DNA of 64,000 nt from Calditrichales bacterium (GTDB taxonomy: Bacteria > Calditrichota > Calditrichia > Calditrichales > J004), in assembly GCA_965267575.1 (NCBI GenBank), contig OZ254086.1:4128001-4192000 (forward strand), read 5' to 3'. The translations under genes and the position numbers were made by a program. The notes beneath the pieces were generated by a model that made no database searches, was not told where the DNA came from, and saw nothing but the letters and a program-made list of their open reading frames with translations. Below, piece after piece: positions 28,012 through 38,900 of this stretch (its first letter is position 1; each line of letters opens with the position of its first letter).

Positions 28012-31000
28012 TCTGGAAAAAACGCTGGCAGCACTCTCACCGGAAAAACGTCGTCTTCTGGAACTGAAACTGAAGCAGAAAGGCGCCGCGTTCAATACGT
28101 TTCCCCTCTCCTACGCGCAGCAACGCATCTGGTTTATCGACCAGATGAATCCGGGCAACCCGGCCTATAACATTCCTGTTGTTTTGCGCCTCAGGGGCGA
28201 GTTGAATGAGCGGGCGTTTAATAAGGCCATAGAAACGATCATTCAGCGGCATGAGTCTCTGCGCACCACCTTCAGTACGGTGTCCGGCAAAGGCGTTCAG
28301 GTTGTGCATAAGGAAAGCAAAATCGATATCGAACGGGACGACCTGAGCCGGTTGAGCCAGCAACAAATCCTCGGAAAAGTAAAAGAGCGCGTTCAGGCTT
28401 CTTTTAACCTGGGTAAAGGACCGCTGGGCCGCATCAGCCTTTTCCGTGTGAAATCCGACGAGCACATCCTCGTAGTCGTTAAACACCACATCATCAGCGA
28501 CGGCTGGTCTATGGGCGTGCTGGTCAACGAATTCAGCCATCTTTACAACGCCTTTGCGCAAAACCGCGAGCACGATCTGCCGGCCTTAAAAATACAGTAT
28601 GCCGACTACGCCAAATGGCAGCGAGAATGGTTAAGCGGAGAACGTCGCGAAACACAGATGTCCTTTTGGAAAGATGTTTTGCGCCATGTGCCTGTGTTGC
28701 AAATCCCCACGGATTTCGCACGGCCAACCACCATGACCACAAACGGGGCGACGGTCGGCGCCGATATTGATCGCGAGGTCTGGGAAAAGCTGCGTGAAAC
28801 CGGCCGCAGCGAAGGCGCCACCAACTTTATGGTGCTTCTGTCTATTTACGCCATCCTGCTGATGCGCGCCTCCGGCCAGAACGATTTCTGCATCGGTACG
28901 CCCGTGGCCAACCGCAACCGCAGCAACGTTGAAGGACTGATTGGCTTTTTTGTCAATATGCTGGCCTTGCGTTTACGCCCGGAAAAACAACACTCCTTCC
29001 GTGATGTACTGAAGCAGGTAAAACAGATCACGCTGGACGCCTTCGCGCACCAGGATATGCCCTTCGAAATGCTGGTGGAAGAGATACAGCCGGAACGCAG
29101 CCTGAACCATACACCCATTTTTCAAACCACGTTCAGCCATACCAAAGCCGGCGACTTGAAGCCGGACATAGAGGGCCTGGAAATAGAAGAAGTCGAGCCG
29201 GAGAATTTCAGCTCCAAATTTGATCTGGCGCTGGCAACCACGGAGATGGACGGGCGCCTGCTGGTTGGCCTGACTTACAACAGCGACCTTTGGTCAGAAC
29301 ATCGCATGCGCCGTTTCGCCGCACAATTCGTGCATCTTGCCAAAAGTCTGGCGCAAGAGCCGCACAGGCCCTGTGCTGAAGTGGCTTTTCTTTCCGCGGA
29401 AGAAAAAAAGACGGTTCTCGGATTCGCCGGCGCTGAAAGCGACTTTAAACCCCGTCCGGCGCTGCTGGAGCTTTTTGCAGAAAACGCGGGAACCCATGGC
29501 GCACAACCGGCGGTTGTTTACGAAGACAAACAACTGACCTTTGGCGAGCTGCGGATACAATCAAACAAGCTGGCCCATTATCTTCTGCAAAAAGGTGTCA
29601 AAGCCGAGAGCCGCGTGGCCGTATTGCTTGATCGTTCTGTGGAAATTGTCACAGCGATTCTGGCCACCTGGAAAGCCGGCGCCGCATATGTGCCGGTAGA
29701 CCCCAATTACCCGGCAGAACGGGTCAACATGATACTGGAAGACGCGCAGCCACAGGCGGTTTTGACAACCAGGGAACTGGCCGAACTCTTTAAGCTGAAC
29801 AATGAAAGCGTTTTTGCCTTTGATGATTTTACGGAGTGGCCAAAGCTGCCTGAAAGCGATCCGAACATCCAGCGGGACACGCGGGGCAGCGCCTATGTTA
29901 TTTTCACATCCGGCTCCACCGGCCGCCCGAAAGGCGTTGTCATCAGCGACGGCAGCCTGTTGAACCTGGCTGAGAACCTGCACAAAACCGTTTATGAGCC
30001 CCTTGGCAACGCGCCCAAACGCATCTCCCTTAACGCGCCAATCGCCTTTGACGCCTCGGTTCAGCAGCTGGTGATGGTCTGCTACGGTCACCAACTTCAT
30101 ATCATGCCGCAGGAAACGCGTGCCGACGGCGCTGCAATGGTAGAATACATCCGCAAACACAAGCTGCAGGTAGTGGATTGTGTTCCGGTCCAGTTGCGCC
30201 TGATGCTGAATCATGGTCTGCTGGATGGCAGCCGGTGGCGTCCCGAGGCGGTGCTGCCCGGCGGCGAGGCCATAGATGAGCAGGTCTGGAAAAAAATAAA
30301 CAGCCAAAATGCCGTGCGCTTTTTTAATGTCTATGGCCCTACGGAATGCAGTGTTGACTCCAGCATCTTTGATTGCAGCCGCTATCCGGCCAAACCTGTA
30401 ATCGGCCGGTCTGTATCTGCCGCGCGCTATTATATCCTGGACGAAAATTTGCAGCTTTTACCGATCGGGACGCCGGGCGAATTGTACATTGCCGGAAACG
30501 GTCTGGCGCGCGGCTACCTGGGCAATCCGGCGATGACCGCAGAAAAGTTTTTGCCCGATCCGTTTGCCGGGATTGCGGGTGCGCGCATGTACGCCTCCGG
30601 GGACAGAGCGCGCTGGCTGGAGAACGGTTTCGCCGAGGTATTGGGGCGTGTGGACAGCCAGGTCAAAGTGCGCGGATTCCGCATCGAGCTGGGCGAAATT
30701 GAATCTGCCCTGCAAAAGCATGAAGCCGTAAAACATCCCGCCGTTGTGGCCCGCAAGGATGACAATGGCACTTCCACGCTCTTGGCCTACCTGGAAGCAC
30801 AGGGCAAAAAGCCGGAGGTATCGGATCTGCGTATCTATCTGCGCGAACTTTTGCCAGATTATATGGTGCCCGCCGGATACGTCATCCTGGAGAAAATGCC
30901 GCTTACGCCAAACGGCAAAATCGACCGGAGCGCCCTGCCCGACCCGACAGGCATCGAAGAGCAAAGCGCGCAATATGTGGCACCTCGCGATGAAACCGAA

Positions 31001-34000
31001 CAAAAACTGGCAGCGATTTTTGCGGAAATACTAAAAAAAGAGCGGGTCGGTGCGACGGATAATTTTTTCGACCTGGGCGGGCATTCGCTGCTGGCAACGC
31101 AGCTTGTCTCCAAAATACGCGACGTCTTTAAAGTCGGGCTTTCTTTACAACAGCTCTTTGAAAATCCAAGTGTAGAAGCGCTTGCGCGACAAATAACTTC
31201 GGCCAAGGAAGCCGTCAGCATTGATATACCGAAAGCAAACCGCGACAAGGACCTGCCGCTTTCATACGCGCAGCAACGCCTGTGGTTTTTATACAAAATG
31301 ACGCCGGACAGCGCTGTTTATAACATCCCCATGGCTCTGCGTTTGAAGGGACAACTGGACATCAGCATCGTTGAACGAGTCGTTTCGGCGATCGCCCAGC
31401 GTCACGATATTCTGCGTACCACCTTTGTAGAAAAAGATGGGCAGCCCGTGCAAACGGTCGGCAGTCACAGCCAGGTTGCCTTTAAATACACTGACCTGAG
31501 CGAACAAGAGGATGCATTATCGGAGGCACAAAAATTAACGGCTCGGCTGGCGGCAACACCGTTTGATCTTGAAAACGGCCCGCTGGGCAAAGTCGAGATC
31601 ATGAAGATTGCTGAAGACGATCATGTGCTGACGGTTGTATTGCACCACATTATTTCCGACGGCTGGTCTTCCGGCCTTTTTGAGGAGGAATTCATAGCAT
31701 TTTACAGCGCCTTTTCCAGCGGCCGCGAAGCCACCCTGCCGCAGTTGGAGATACAATATGCCGACTACTCGGCCTGGCAGCGTGAAACGATCACCGAAAA
31801 GGGCCTGGCAAAGCAGATCGCATTCTGGGAAAAGCACATAGGTCAGAATCCTCCGCGGCTTAACCTGCCCACCGACTATCCAAGGCCGGAGGTCAAAACC
31901 ACCCATGGCGCGATCGTTGAAAAAATACTTTCCAAAGCTCTGCTGGATAAACTGCGCAAGCGCGCCCGCGAGCTGGATGTGACACCCTTTATGTTTTTAA
32001 TGTCCGTTTTTTTCCTGTTCATTAAGCGCTACAGCGGCCAGGATGATTTCACCGTGGGTACGCCGGTAGCCAACCGCCCGACATCAGAGCTGCAGAAGCT
32101 GATTGGTTTTTTTGTCAATACGATCGTTGTGCGGCGCGAACTCAATGATAACATGACATTTTTGGAACACATGCAGGAAACGAAGCAACGGTTGCTGCAT
32201 GCTCAAAACAACCAGGATGTGCCTTTTGAAATGCTTGTTAATAAGCTGCAGCCCGAGCGAAGCACCAGCCATTCACCGCTGTTCCAGGTGATGTATATGC
32301 ATACGGCGCAACAACCGGAGCGAGACGGGTTACCCGGTCTACAAACAGAGGGTGTTTCGTTTGATTCGGCCATCGCCAAGTTTGATTTAACGCTGAGCAG
32401 CGCGGAAAATCCCAACGGACTTGGGCTGGGACTGGAATACAGCACAGACCTGTTTGAAGCCAAAACAGCACGGCAAATGCTGGAAATTTTTAGCGTCATT
32501 TTGGAAAAGGCGCTTGAGCAACCTGATCTGCCCTTGTCCAAATACGCCTTAACGGCCGCAGGTGAACTGCAGGCATTTTATAATACCCTTAACCACACCT
32601 GGCAAGCGCAGCCTTTGCCTTTTGGCCACGTTCTGGATATGCTCGCACAAAACGCACAAACCTACGCTGAAAAAACGGCCCTTGTCTTTGGCGATGAAGA
32701 AATTTCCTACGACGAACTGAACCGCCGCTCCAACCGTCTCGCCCATTATCTGCTGGCCAATGGCGCCGGGCCGGACATGCTGATCGGGCTCTGTTTTGAG
32801 CGCCACCCGCAGATGGTAGTGGCCTTGCTGGCCGTGCTCAAAGCCGGCGCAGCCTATGTGCCGCTGGACCCGGCCTATCCGCAGGAGCGCCTGGCCTATA
32901 TGATCGGTGACAGTGCCATGAAGCTGCTGCTGGCACACGACGCCACGGTAGGGAAACTGCCGCAAACCCAAAATGTAGCGCTGCTGAATGTGGACGATCT
33001 GAACGAAACAGTGCAAAAGCAGCCGGACGGCAACCCCGCTGTTGCGATCGACGCGCAGCATTTGGCTTATATGATTTATACGTCAGGTTCGACGGGCCGG
33101 CCAAAGGGCACGATGATTTCTCACGGCGGGTTAATACACTATTTGAGCTGGACAAAACAGGCCTATCCGCTGGATGAGGGGCGCGGTTCGCTGCTGCATT
33201 CGACGATCGCTTTTGATGCCACGGTGACGGCGTTATACACGCCGCTTCTGACCGGCAAAAGCATCACGCTGGCCGCTGCCGATGACGATTTGCAGGCACT
33301 GGGAAATACGTTGGTCAGGCATGGCGATTTCAACGTTGTCAAGATCACGCCGGCGCATCTGGACCTGCTGAGTCATCAGCTTGAACCCGCTCAGGCCGCG
33401 GGCTTAACGCGCGCATTTGTGATCGGCGGGGAGAACCTGGATGCCGCGCAGATCGCCTTCTGGCGCAAGCACGCGCCGCGGACGCACCTGTTTAACGAGT
33501 ACGGTCCTACCGAAACAGTAGTAGGCTGCGTCGTGTTCGACGCCCGCGCTTGGGACGGCGCCGGTTCGGTGCCCATTGGCCGCGCCATTCCGGGCAGCCC
33601 GGTGTATGTTTTGGACGCGCAGATGCAGCCTTTGCCGCCGGGCGTACCGGGCGAGCTGTACATCGGCGGGAACGGTGTGGCGCGCGGCTATCATGGGCGT
33701 GCCGCGCTTACGGCCGATCGTTTTGTGCCCGATCCGTTTTCCGGGCAGCCCGGGGCGCGCATGTACAAAACGGGCGACCTGGTGCGCTGGCTCAACAGCG
33801 AGCAACTGATCTTCCTCGGCCGCATCGACGAGCAGGTAAAAATCCGCGGCTACCGCATTGAGCTGGGGGAAATTGAGGCTGTGCTTAAGAACCACGAGCA
33901 GGTACGCGAAGCCGTGGTCATCGCGCGCAAAGATGACGAAGCCGCCGCACGTCTGGCCGCCTACTACATCAGCAAAGACAAAAAAGAGATCAGGGTTAAC

Positions 34001-35830
34001 GAGCTGCGCGGCCAGCTCAAAAAGACGCTGCCGGAATATATGCTGCCGGCAACATTTACACATCTTGAAAAATTTCCGCTTACACCCAACGGCAAAATCG
34101 ATCTGCGCAACTTGCCAAAGCCGTCAGCCGAACGCGCCGCCCTTGAAACGGACTTCGTAGCCCCACGATCGGAGAAAGAAAAAATACTGGCCGACGCGGT
34201 GGCAGCCGTGCTGAAGCTTAATAAGGTTGGTATTCACGACAATTTCTTTGAATTGGGCGGTGATTCGATTATGGCCATCCAGGTTATCAGCCGGGCTCGC
34301 AAAGGGGGCTTGCAGATAACGCCGCTACAGATGTTCCAGAATCAGACTGTGGCGGAATTAGCCGCCATAGCCGGGGAAGCACCGCGGGTCGATGCCGAGC
34401 AGGGAGAGGTAACGGGCACGATCAGGCCTACGCCCGTTATGCATACGTTTTTTGAAAAACAAGGCATGCAGTCGCACTGGAATCAATCGGTGATGATGTT
34501 GGCGGAAAGGACCTTGCAACGTGAAGCTTTGGAGAGAACCTTGCAGGTGATAGTCCGGCAGCACGATGCTTTGCGTTTGCGCTTCAGCAAGGCAGATAAC
34601 GGGATCAGCGCCGAACATGAAGCTGCACACACGGATATTTTGCGTTGGATCGATCTGTCCGGCATTTCTGACGAGGGCGAATTAATACGACGTATTGAGC
34701 AGGAAACCGAAACGATCCAGGCCTCGCTTGATATCAGCGAAGGACCGCTGCTGCGCGCCGCTTATTTTGATTGCGGCGACAGGCCCGATCGCCTGCTGCT
34801 TGTAATTCATCACCTCGTTGTGGACGGTGTCTCCTGGCGCATTCTCATGGAAGATTTTCAGCTGGCTTACGCCCAGGCTTCCGCCGGCAAAAAAGTGGAA
34901 TTGGCGGATAAAACAACATCGTTTAAGCGCTGGAGTGAGGTATTGCACGATTACGCTTTGTCCGGCAACGTAAACTCACAGAAAAATTACTGGCTGCGGA
35001 TGGCCCAAAAAGAAAAGGCCGCCCTGCCACTTGATAATCACAGCGCTGAAAACAGTGAAACGCAGCTGGCGCATTATGGTTTTGAACTTACAAAGGAAGA
35101 GACAACCTCTCTGCTGAAGGAGGCGCACAAGGCCTACAACACGCAGATCAACGATCTTTTGCTGACCGCTTTGCTGCGCGCTTATGTCCGCTGGTCCGGC
35201 AAGCGCAGCCTGCTGCTGCATCTGGAAGGACATGGCCGCGAGATGATTGACCCGACGGTTGACATTTCCCGAACGGTGGGGTGGTTTACATCGATTTACC
35301 CGCTGCACCTGGAACTGGGCAAGGCGGTGCAGCCCGGTGAGCAGATTCGCAGTATCAAGGAACAGATCGCTGCACTGCCCGGCAAAGGCCTGGGCTTCGG
35401 CCTGTTGCGTTATTTAAGCGCAGACGCGGAACTGCGCCAGACGCTTTCCGCGCTGGATGAAATGCAGGTGCTTTTTAACTACCTGGGGCAATTTGACCAG
35501 ACCACCGATGGCAGCGACACCCTGCTGAAGCCGGCTGAAGAGGGTCGCGGTACGGAGCGCGCCCGGGAAGCCGCCAGACTGGCGGTGTTGGACATAAATT
35601 CCAGCGTAACCGGCGGACAATGGTGCGGCACGTTCAGCTTCAGTCGTGAGCAATTCTGCCCGGAAACGATCAAACATTTTGCCGATGCCTGGACGGATGA
35701 ATTGCGGGTGCTGATTGCACATTGCAAAAACCCGCAGGCGGAAGCGGCCAAAACAGCGTCCGATTTCAAGCTAAGCAATCTGGATAACAAAAAGCTGGAC
35801 AAGGTGTTGAAACAGTTGAAGAAGAAATAA
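28004..35830 (+). CDS. NRPS C-A(Gln)-PCP-C-A(Asn)-PCP-E
   Basis: Start moved to ATG 28004 (MADLEKTLAALSPEKRRLL, AGGAAGGAG upstream, 8-nt overlap with the previous gene). A codes DAQDLGVVD(K) and DATKVGEVG(K). PCP LGGDSI precedes the E domain HHLVVDGVSW. Confidence 0.95.
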   Translation: MADLEKTLAALSPEKRRLLELKLKQKGAAFNTFPLSYAQQRIWFIDQMNPGNPAYNIPVVLRLRGELNERAFNKAIETIIQRHESLRTTFSTVSGKGVQVVHKESKIDIERDDLSRLSQQQILGKVKERVQASFNLGKGPLGRISLFRVKSDEHILVVVKHHIISDGWSMGVLVNEFSHLYNAFAQNREHDLPALKIQYADYAKWQREWLSGERRETQMSFWKDVLRHVPVLQIPTDFARPTTMTTNGATVGADIDREVWEKLRETGRSEGATNFMVLLSIYAILLMRASGQNDFCIGTPVANRNRSNVEGLIGFFVNMLALRLRPEKQHSFRDVLKQVKQITLDAFAHQDMPFEMLVEEIQPERSLNHTPIFQTTFSHTKAGDLKPDIEGLEIEEVEPENFSSKFDLALATTEMDGRLLVGLTYNSDLWSEHRMRRFAAQFVHLAKSLAQEPHRPCAEVAFLSAEEKKTVLGFAGAESDFKPRPALLELFAENAGTHGAQPAVVYEDKQLTFGELRIQSNKLAHYLLQKGVKAESRVAVLLDRSVEIVTAILATWKAGAAYVPVDPNYPAERVNMILEDAQPQAVLTTRELAELFKLNNESVFAFDDFTEWPKLPESDPNIQRDTRGSAYVIFTSGSTGRPKGVVISDGSLLNLAENLHKTVYEPLGNAPKRISLNAPIAFDASVQQLVMVCYGHQLHIMPQETRADGAAMVEYIRKHKLQVVDCVPVQLRLMLNHGLLDGSRWRPEAVLPGGEAIDEQVWKKINSQNAVRFFNVYGPTECSVDSSIFDCSRYPAKPVIGRSVSAARYYILDENLQLLPIGTPGELYIAGNGLARGYLGNPAMTAEKFLPDPFAGIAGARMYASGDRARWLENGFAEVLGRVDSQVKVRGFRIELGEIESALQKHEAVKHPAVVARKDDNGTSTLLAYLEAQGKKPEVSDLRIYLRELLPDYMVPAGYVILEKMPLTPNGKIDRSALPDPTGIEEQSAQYVAPRDETEQKLAAIFAEILKKERVGATDNFFDLGGHSLLATQLVSKIRDVFKVGLSLQQLFENPSVEALARQITSAKEAVSIDIPKANRDKDLPLSYAQQRLWFLYKMTPDSAVYNIPMALRLKGQLDISIVERVVSAIAQRHDILRTTFVEKDGQPVQTVGSHSQVAFKYTDLSEQEDALSEAQKLTARLAATPFDLENGPLGKVEIMKIAEDDHVLTVVLHHIISDGWSSGLFEEEFIAFYSAFSSGREATLPQLEIQYADYSAWQRETITEKGLAKQIAFWEKHIGQNPPRLNLPTDYPRPEVKTTHGAIVEKILSKALLDKLRKRARELDVTPFMFLMSVFFLFIKRYSGQDDFTVGTPVANRPTSELQKLIGFFVNTIVVRRELNDNMTFLEHMQETKQRLLHAQNNQDVPFEMLVNKLQPERSTSHSPLFQVMYMHTAQQPERDGLPGLQTEGVSFDSAIAKFDLTLSSAENPNGLGLGLEYSTDLFEAKTARQMLEIFSVILEKALEQPDLPLSKYALTAAGELQAFYNTLNHTWQAQPLPFGHVLDMLAQNAQTYAEKTALVFGDEEISYDELNRRSNRLAHYLLANGAGPDMLIGLCFERHPQMVVALLAVLKAGAAYVPLDPAYPQERLAYMIGDSAMKLLLAHDATVGKLPQTQNVALLNVDDLNETVQKQPDGNPAVAIDAQHLAYMIYTSGSTGRPKGTMISHGGLIHYLSWTKQAYPLDEGRGSLLHSTIAFDATVTALYTPLLTGKSITLAAADDDLQALGNTLVRHGDFNVVKITPAHLDLLSHQLEPAQAAGLTRAFVIGGENLDAAQIAFWRKHAPRTHLFNEYGPTETVVGCVVFDARAWDGAGSVPIGRAIPGSPVYVLDAQMQPLPPGVPGELYIGGNGVARGYHGRAALTADRFVPDPFSGQPGARMYKTGDLVRWLNSEQLIFLGRIDEQVKIRGYRIELGEIEAVLKNHEQVREAVVIARKDDEAAARLAAYYISKDKKEIRVNELRGQLKKTLPEYMLPATFTHLEKFPLTPNGKIDLRNLPKPSAERAALETDFVAPRSEKEKILADAVAAVLKLNKVGIHDNFFELGGDSIMAIQVISRARKGGLQITPLQMFQNQTVAELAAIAGEAPRVDAEQGEVTGTIRPTPVMHTFFEKQGMQSHWNQSVMMLAERTLQREALERTLQVIVRQHDALRLRFSKADNGISAEHEAAHTDILRWIDLSGISDEGELIRRIEQETETIQASLDISEGPLLRAAYFDCGDRPDRLLLVIHHLVVDGVSWRILMEDFQLAYAQASAGKKVELADKTTSFKRWSEVLHDYALSGNVNSQKNYWLRMAQKEKAALPLDNHSAENSETQLAHYGFELTKEETTSLLKEAHKAYNTQINDLLLTALLRAYVRWSGKRSLLLHLEGHGREMIDPTVDISRTVGWFTSIYPLHLELGKAVQPGEQIRSIKEQIAALPGKGLGFGLLRYLSADAELRQTLSALDEMQVLFNYLGQFDQTTDGSDTLLKPAEEGRGTERAREAARLAVLDINSSVTGGQWCGTFSFSREQFCPETIKHFADAWTDELRVLIAHCKNPQAEAAKTASDFKLSNLDNKKLDKVLKQLKKK
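32585..33879 (+). repeat. Copy 1 of a 1295-bp near-identical direct repeat (Asn A-core)
   Basis: Matches 47667-48961 at offset 15082. Shadow ORFs recur at the same offset (e.g. 33550..33861 and 48632..48943). Confidence 0.95.
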
Positions 35831-35833
35831 AAG

Positions 35834-35866
35834 ATGATCGCGGGATTTGGAGATTGACGCGATCAT
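35834..35866 (+). other. Intergenic hairpin, 9-bp perfect stem (ATGATCGCG/CGCGATCAT), no U-tract
   Basis: Arms at 35834-35842 and 35858-35866, just after the stop codon at 35830. Confidence 0.5.
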
Positions 35867-35901
35867 ATCGGTCGGCGAACAGCCGCACCAGGATTTCAGG
35901 C

Positions 35902-35941
35902 ACATTAACACGATAACACATTAGCATATTAACACGTTTAA
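35902..35941 (+). repeat. Five degenerate tandem 8-mers (ACATTAAC-like)
   Basis: acattaac-acgataac-acattagc-atattaac-acgtttaa, directly before ATG 35942. Confidence 0.65.
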
Positions 35942-38900
35942 ATGGAAAATATAAAAGACATATATCCGCTTTCACCGATGCAGCAGGGTATGCTGTTTCA
36001 TACACTTTACGCGCCGGAGACGGAAGCATACATTGAGCAACTTAGCTGCACATTGCACGGTAATTTGAACACGGATGCTTTCCGCCGGGCCTGGCAGGAG
36101 GTCCTTAACCGTCACGACATTCTTCGCAGTGCCTTTATCTGGCAGGATGTGGAAGAACCGCTGCAGGTTGTGCATGAGCAACTGGAACTGCCCTTCGAAG
36201 TGCTGGACTGGTCTGGCAAAAACGATGGTGAAAAAGCTTATGCACAGTTTTTGGCTGATACGCGACGTGCAGGGCTGGACCTGAGCGACGCACCGTTGTT
36301 GCGCATTTATCTGATCAGGGTAGCAGCTGACAAGCATTATTTTATCTTTTTGCATCACCATTTACTGATCGATGGCTGGGGCCTACCCGTTATTATGGGT
36401 GAAGTGTTTAAGCTTTACAGCGCCTACGATAAGGGCGAGGATATTTACCTTGAAACACCTCGTCCCTACAGTGAATACATCGCCTGGCTGCAGCAGCAGG
36501 ATATGGAACAGGCCAAAAGCTTCTGGCAGGAACGCATGGCCGGCTTTACGGCGCCCACGCCGCTTACCGTCGACAGGCCGGCGCAAAAGGACGACACCGG
36601 CTATCGCATCGATCGCTTTAACCTAGATGAGCAAGCTTCCCAAAAGCTTCACGAGCTGGCCCGCACCAAAGGCATCACGCTGAATACAGTGATTCAGGGC
36701 GCCTGGGCCTTTCTGCTGAGCCGTTACAGCCGCAACGATGATGTCGTTTTTGGCGCTACGGTTTCGGGCAGGCCGGCGGAAATCCCGGGCATAGAAACAA
36801 TGGTTGGCCTTTTTATCAACACCCTGCCGGTCCGCGCTTTGATCGATGATGAGAATAGTTTTAGCACATACCTCAATAGCCTGCAGATGCAGCAGGCCGA
36901 AACGCGGCAATACGAGTACACGCCGTTGATAGAGATACAGGGTGTTAGCGATGTGCCGCGCGACCTGCCCCTTTTTGAAACGCTGCTGGTATTTGAAAAC
37001 TACCCGATGGACGAAGCCATGCAGCAGCAGGAATCGGAGCTGAAGGTCAGAGACGTCCATTTCCAGGAACGCAGCAACTACCCGCTGACCCTGGTCAGTG
37101 CGCCGGGCAAGATCATCGCTTTTGAGATGGCTTACGAAACAGCACGGTTAAGCGCGGACACCATCGAACGCATGGCCGCCCATTTCAAAATGATCCTGAC
37201 CCAGCTGGCCGAAAAACCCGAAAAAAAGCTTAAAGACGTTCTACTGCTTGATGAGGCTGAATACAAAAAAACGGTTTATGAGTGGAACGAGACCGACAGC
37301 GCTTATCCTGACAAGACCATCCATGCCTGTTTTGAGGCGATGGTAAAAAAATATCCTCAACACAAAGCGCTTGTCTTTGGGGAAGAAAGCCGGAGCTATG
37401 ACCAACTGAACCGGCGCGCCAACCAAATCGCTAACCTGCTGCTTGAAAAAGGACTACAGCCGGAAGAGCCTGTGGCCATTTGCCTGCCGCGCTCCTTTGA
37501 TATGATTGCTGCTTCGATTGCCGTATTGAAAGCCGGCGGATGTTACGTGCCGATTGATTCCACCTACCCCGCAGATCGCATCAACTACATTATTGACGAT
37601 TCAGGCGCAGGCAAGATCATTACGCACAGCAGCCTGGATGCGCTGCCGGCGGACAAGCCAATGCTGCTTCTGGACAAGATGCAGGCCGAGCTGCAAAAAA
37701 TGTCTGCTGACAATCCGTCCCATAATGTGGACCAGGATTTTCTGGCCTATATCATTTACACGTCGGGTTCCACCGGCAAGCCCAAAGGCGTCATGCTGCG
37801 TCACGGCGGTTTTATGAACCTGGCGGATGCCCAGCAAAAGAGCTTCGAGGTGAAGCCGCAATCGCATTACCTGCAGTTTGCGTCGTTTAGTTTTGACGCG
37901 GCGGTGGGTGAAATTTTTGTAGCCCTTACCGCCGGGGCCGCACTTTACCTGATCGAAAAAGAGACCATCTTGTCCAAAGAGAAGCTGACCCGTTTCCTAA
38001 ACGACAACCAAATCCACGTGGCCACATTGCCCCCTTCCCTGCTCTCCGTTTTGGCCGACCAGGAGTTTCCTCATTTGCAAACGATTGCTTCTGTGGGTGA
38101 GGCTTGTTCGCTGGAACTGGCGGGGAAATGGAAAGACCGGGTGCGCTTTTTTAACGGCTACGGACCAACCGAGGCCAGTGTCGGCTGCGCCTGGACCATC
38201 GTTGAAAAACTGCCTGAAAACACGCGCACCATGCCCATCGGCAAGCCCATACAAAACGACCGCCTTTACATACTTGACGAACACCTGAAACCATGCCCCA
38301 TCGGCGTTCCCGGCGAGTTATGCATCGCGAGCGTGGGGTTGGCACGCGGCTATTTGCAACGTCCGGGACTTAGCGCTGAAAAGTTCGTACCTAATCCCTT
38401 TAGCAAGAAAGAAGGGGCGCGTCTCTACCGCACCGGTGACCTTGTTCGCTGGCTGCCGGACGGTAATCTGGAGTTTCTGGGCCGCATCGATTTTCAGGTC
38501 AAGATCCGCGGAAACCGTATTGAGCTGGGTGAGATTGAAGCTGTCCTGACACGCCACGAAAACGTTCGTGAAGCCGTGGTTCTGGCCCTGGGCGACAACC
38601 CTGATGCCATGCGGCTAGCCGCATATGTTGTCCTGAACGAACCCGCTAAAAGCGACGCCCCGGCTTTGCGCCGCTATATGGCCGGCGAGCTGCCCGAATA
38701 CATGCTCCCTTCGGCGATTGTTTTGATGGACGAATTTCCGTTAACGCACAACGGCAAAATCAATCGTCGTGCGCTGCCGGAGCCGCAGGAAGATGACAGC
38801 CACAGCGGCAGCTACGTCGCACCGTCCACGCCAACGGAAGAACTGCTGGCCGGCATCTGGGCCGATGTGTTGAAAAAAGAACGGGTTGGCGCCGCTGACA

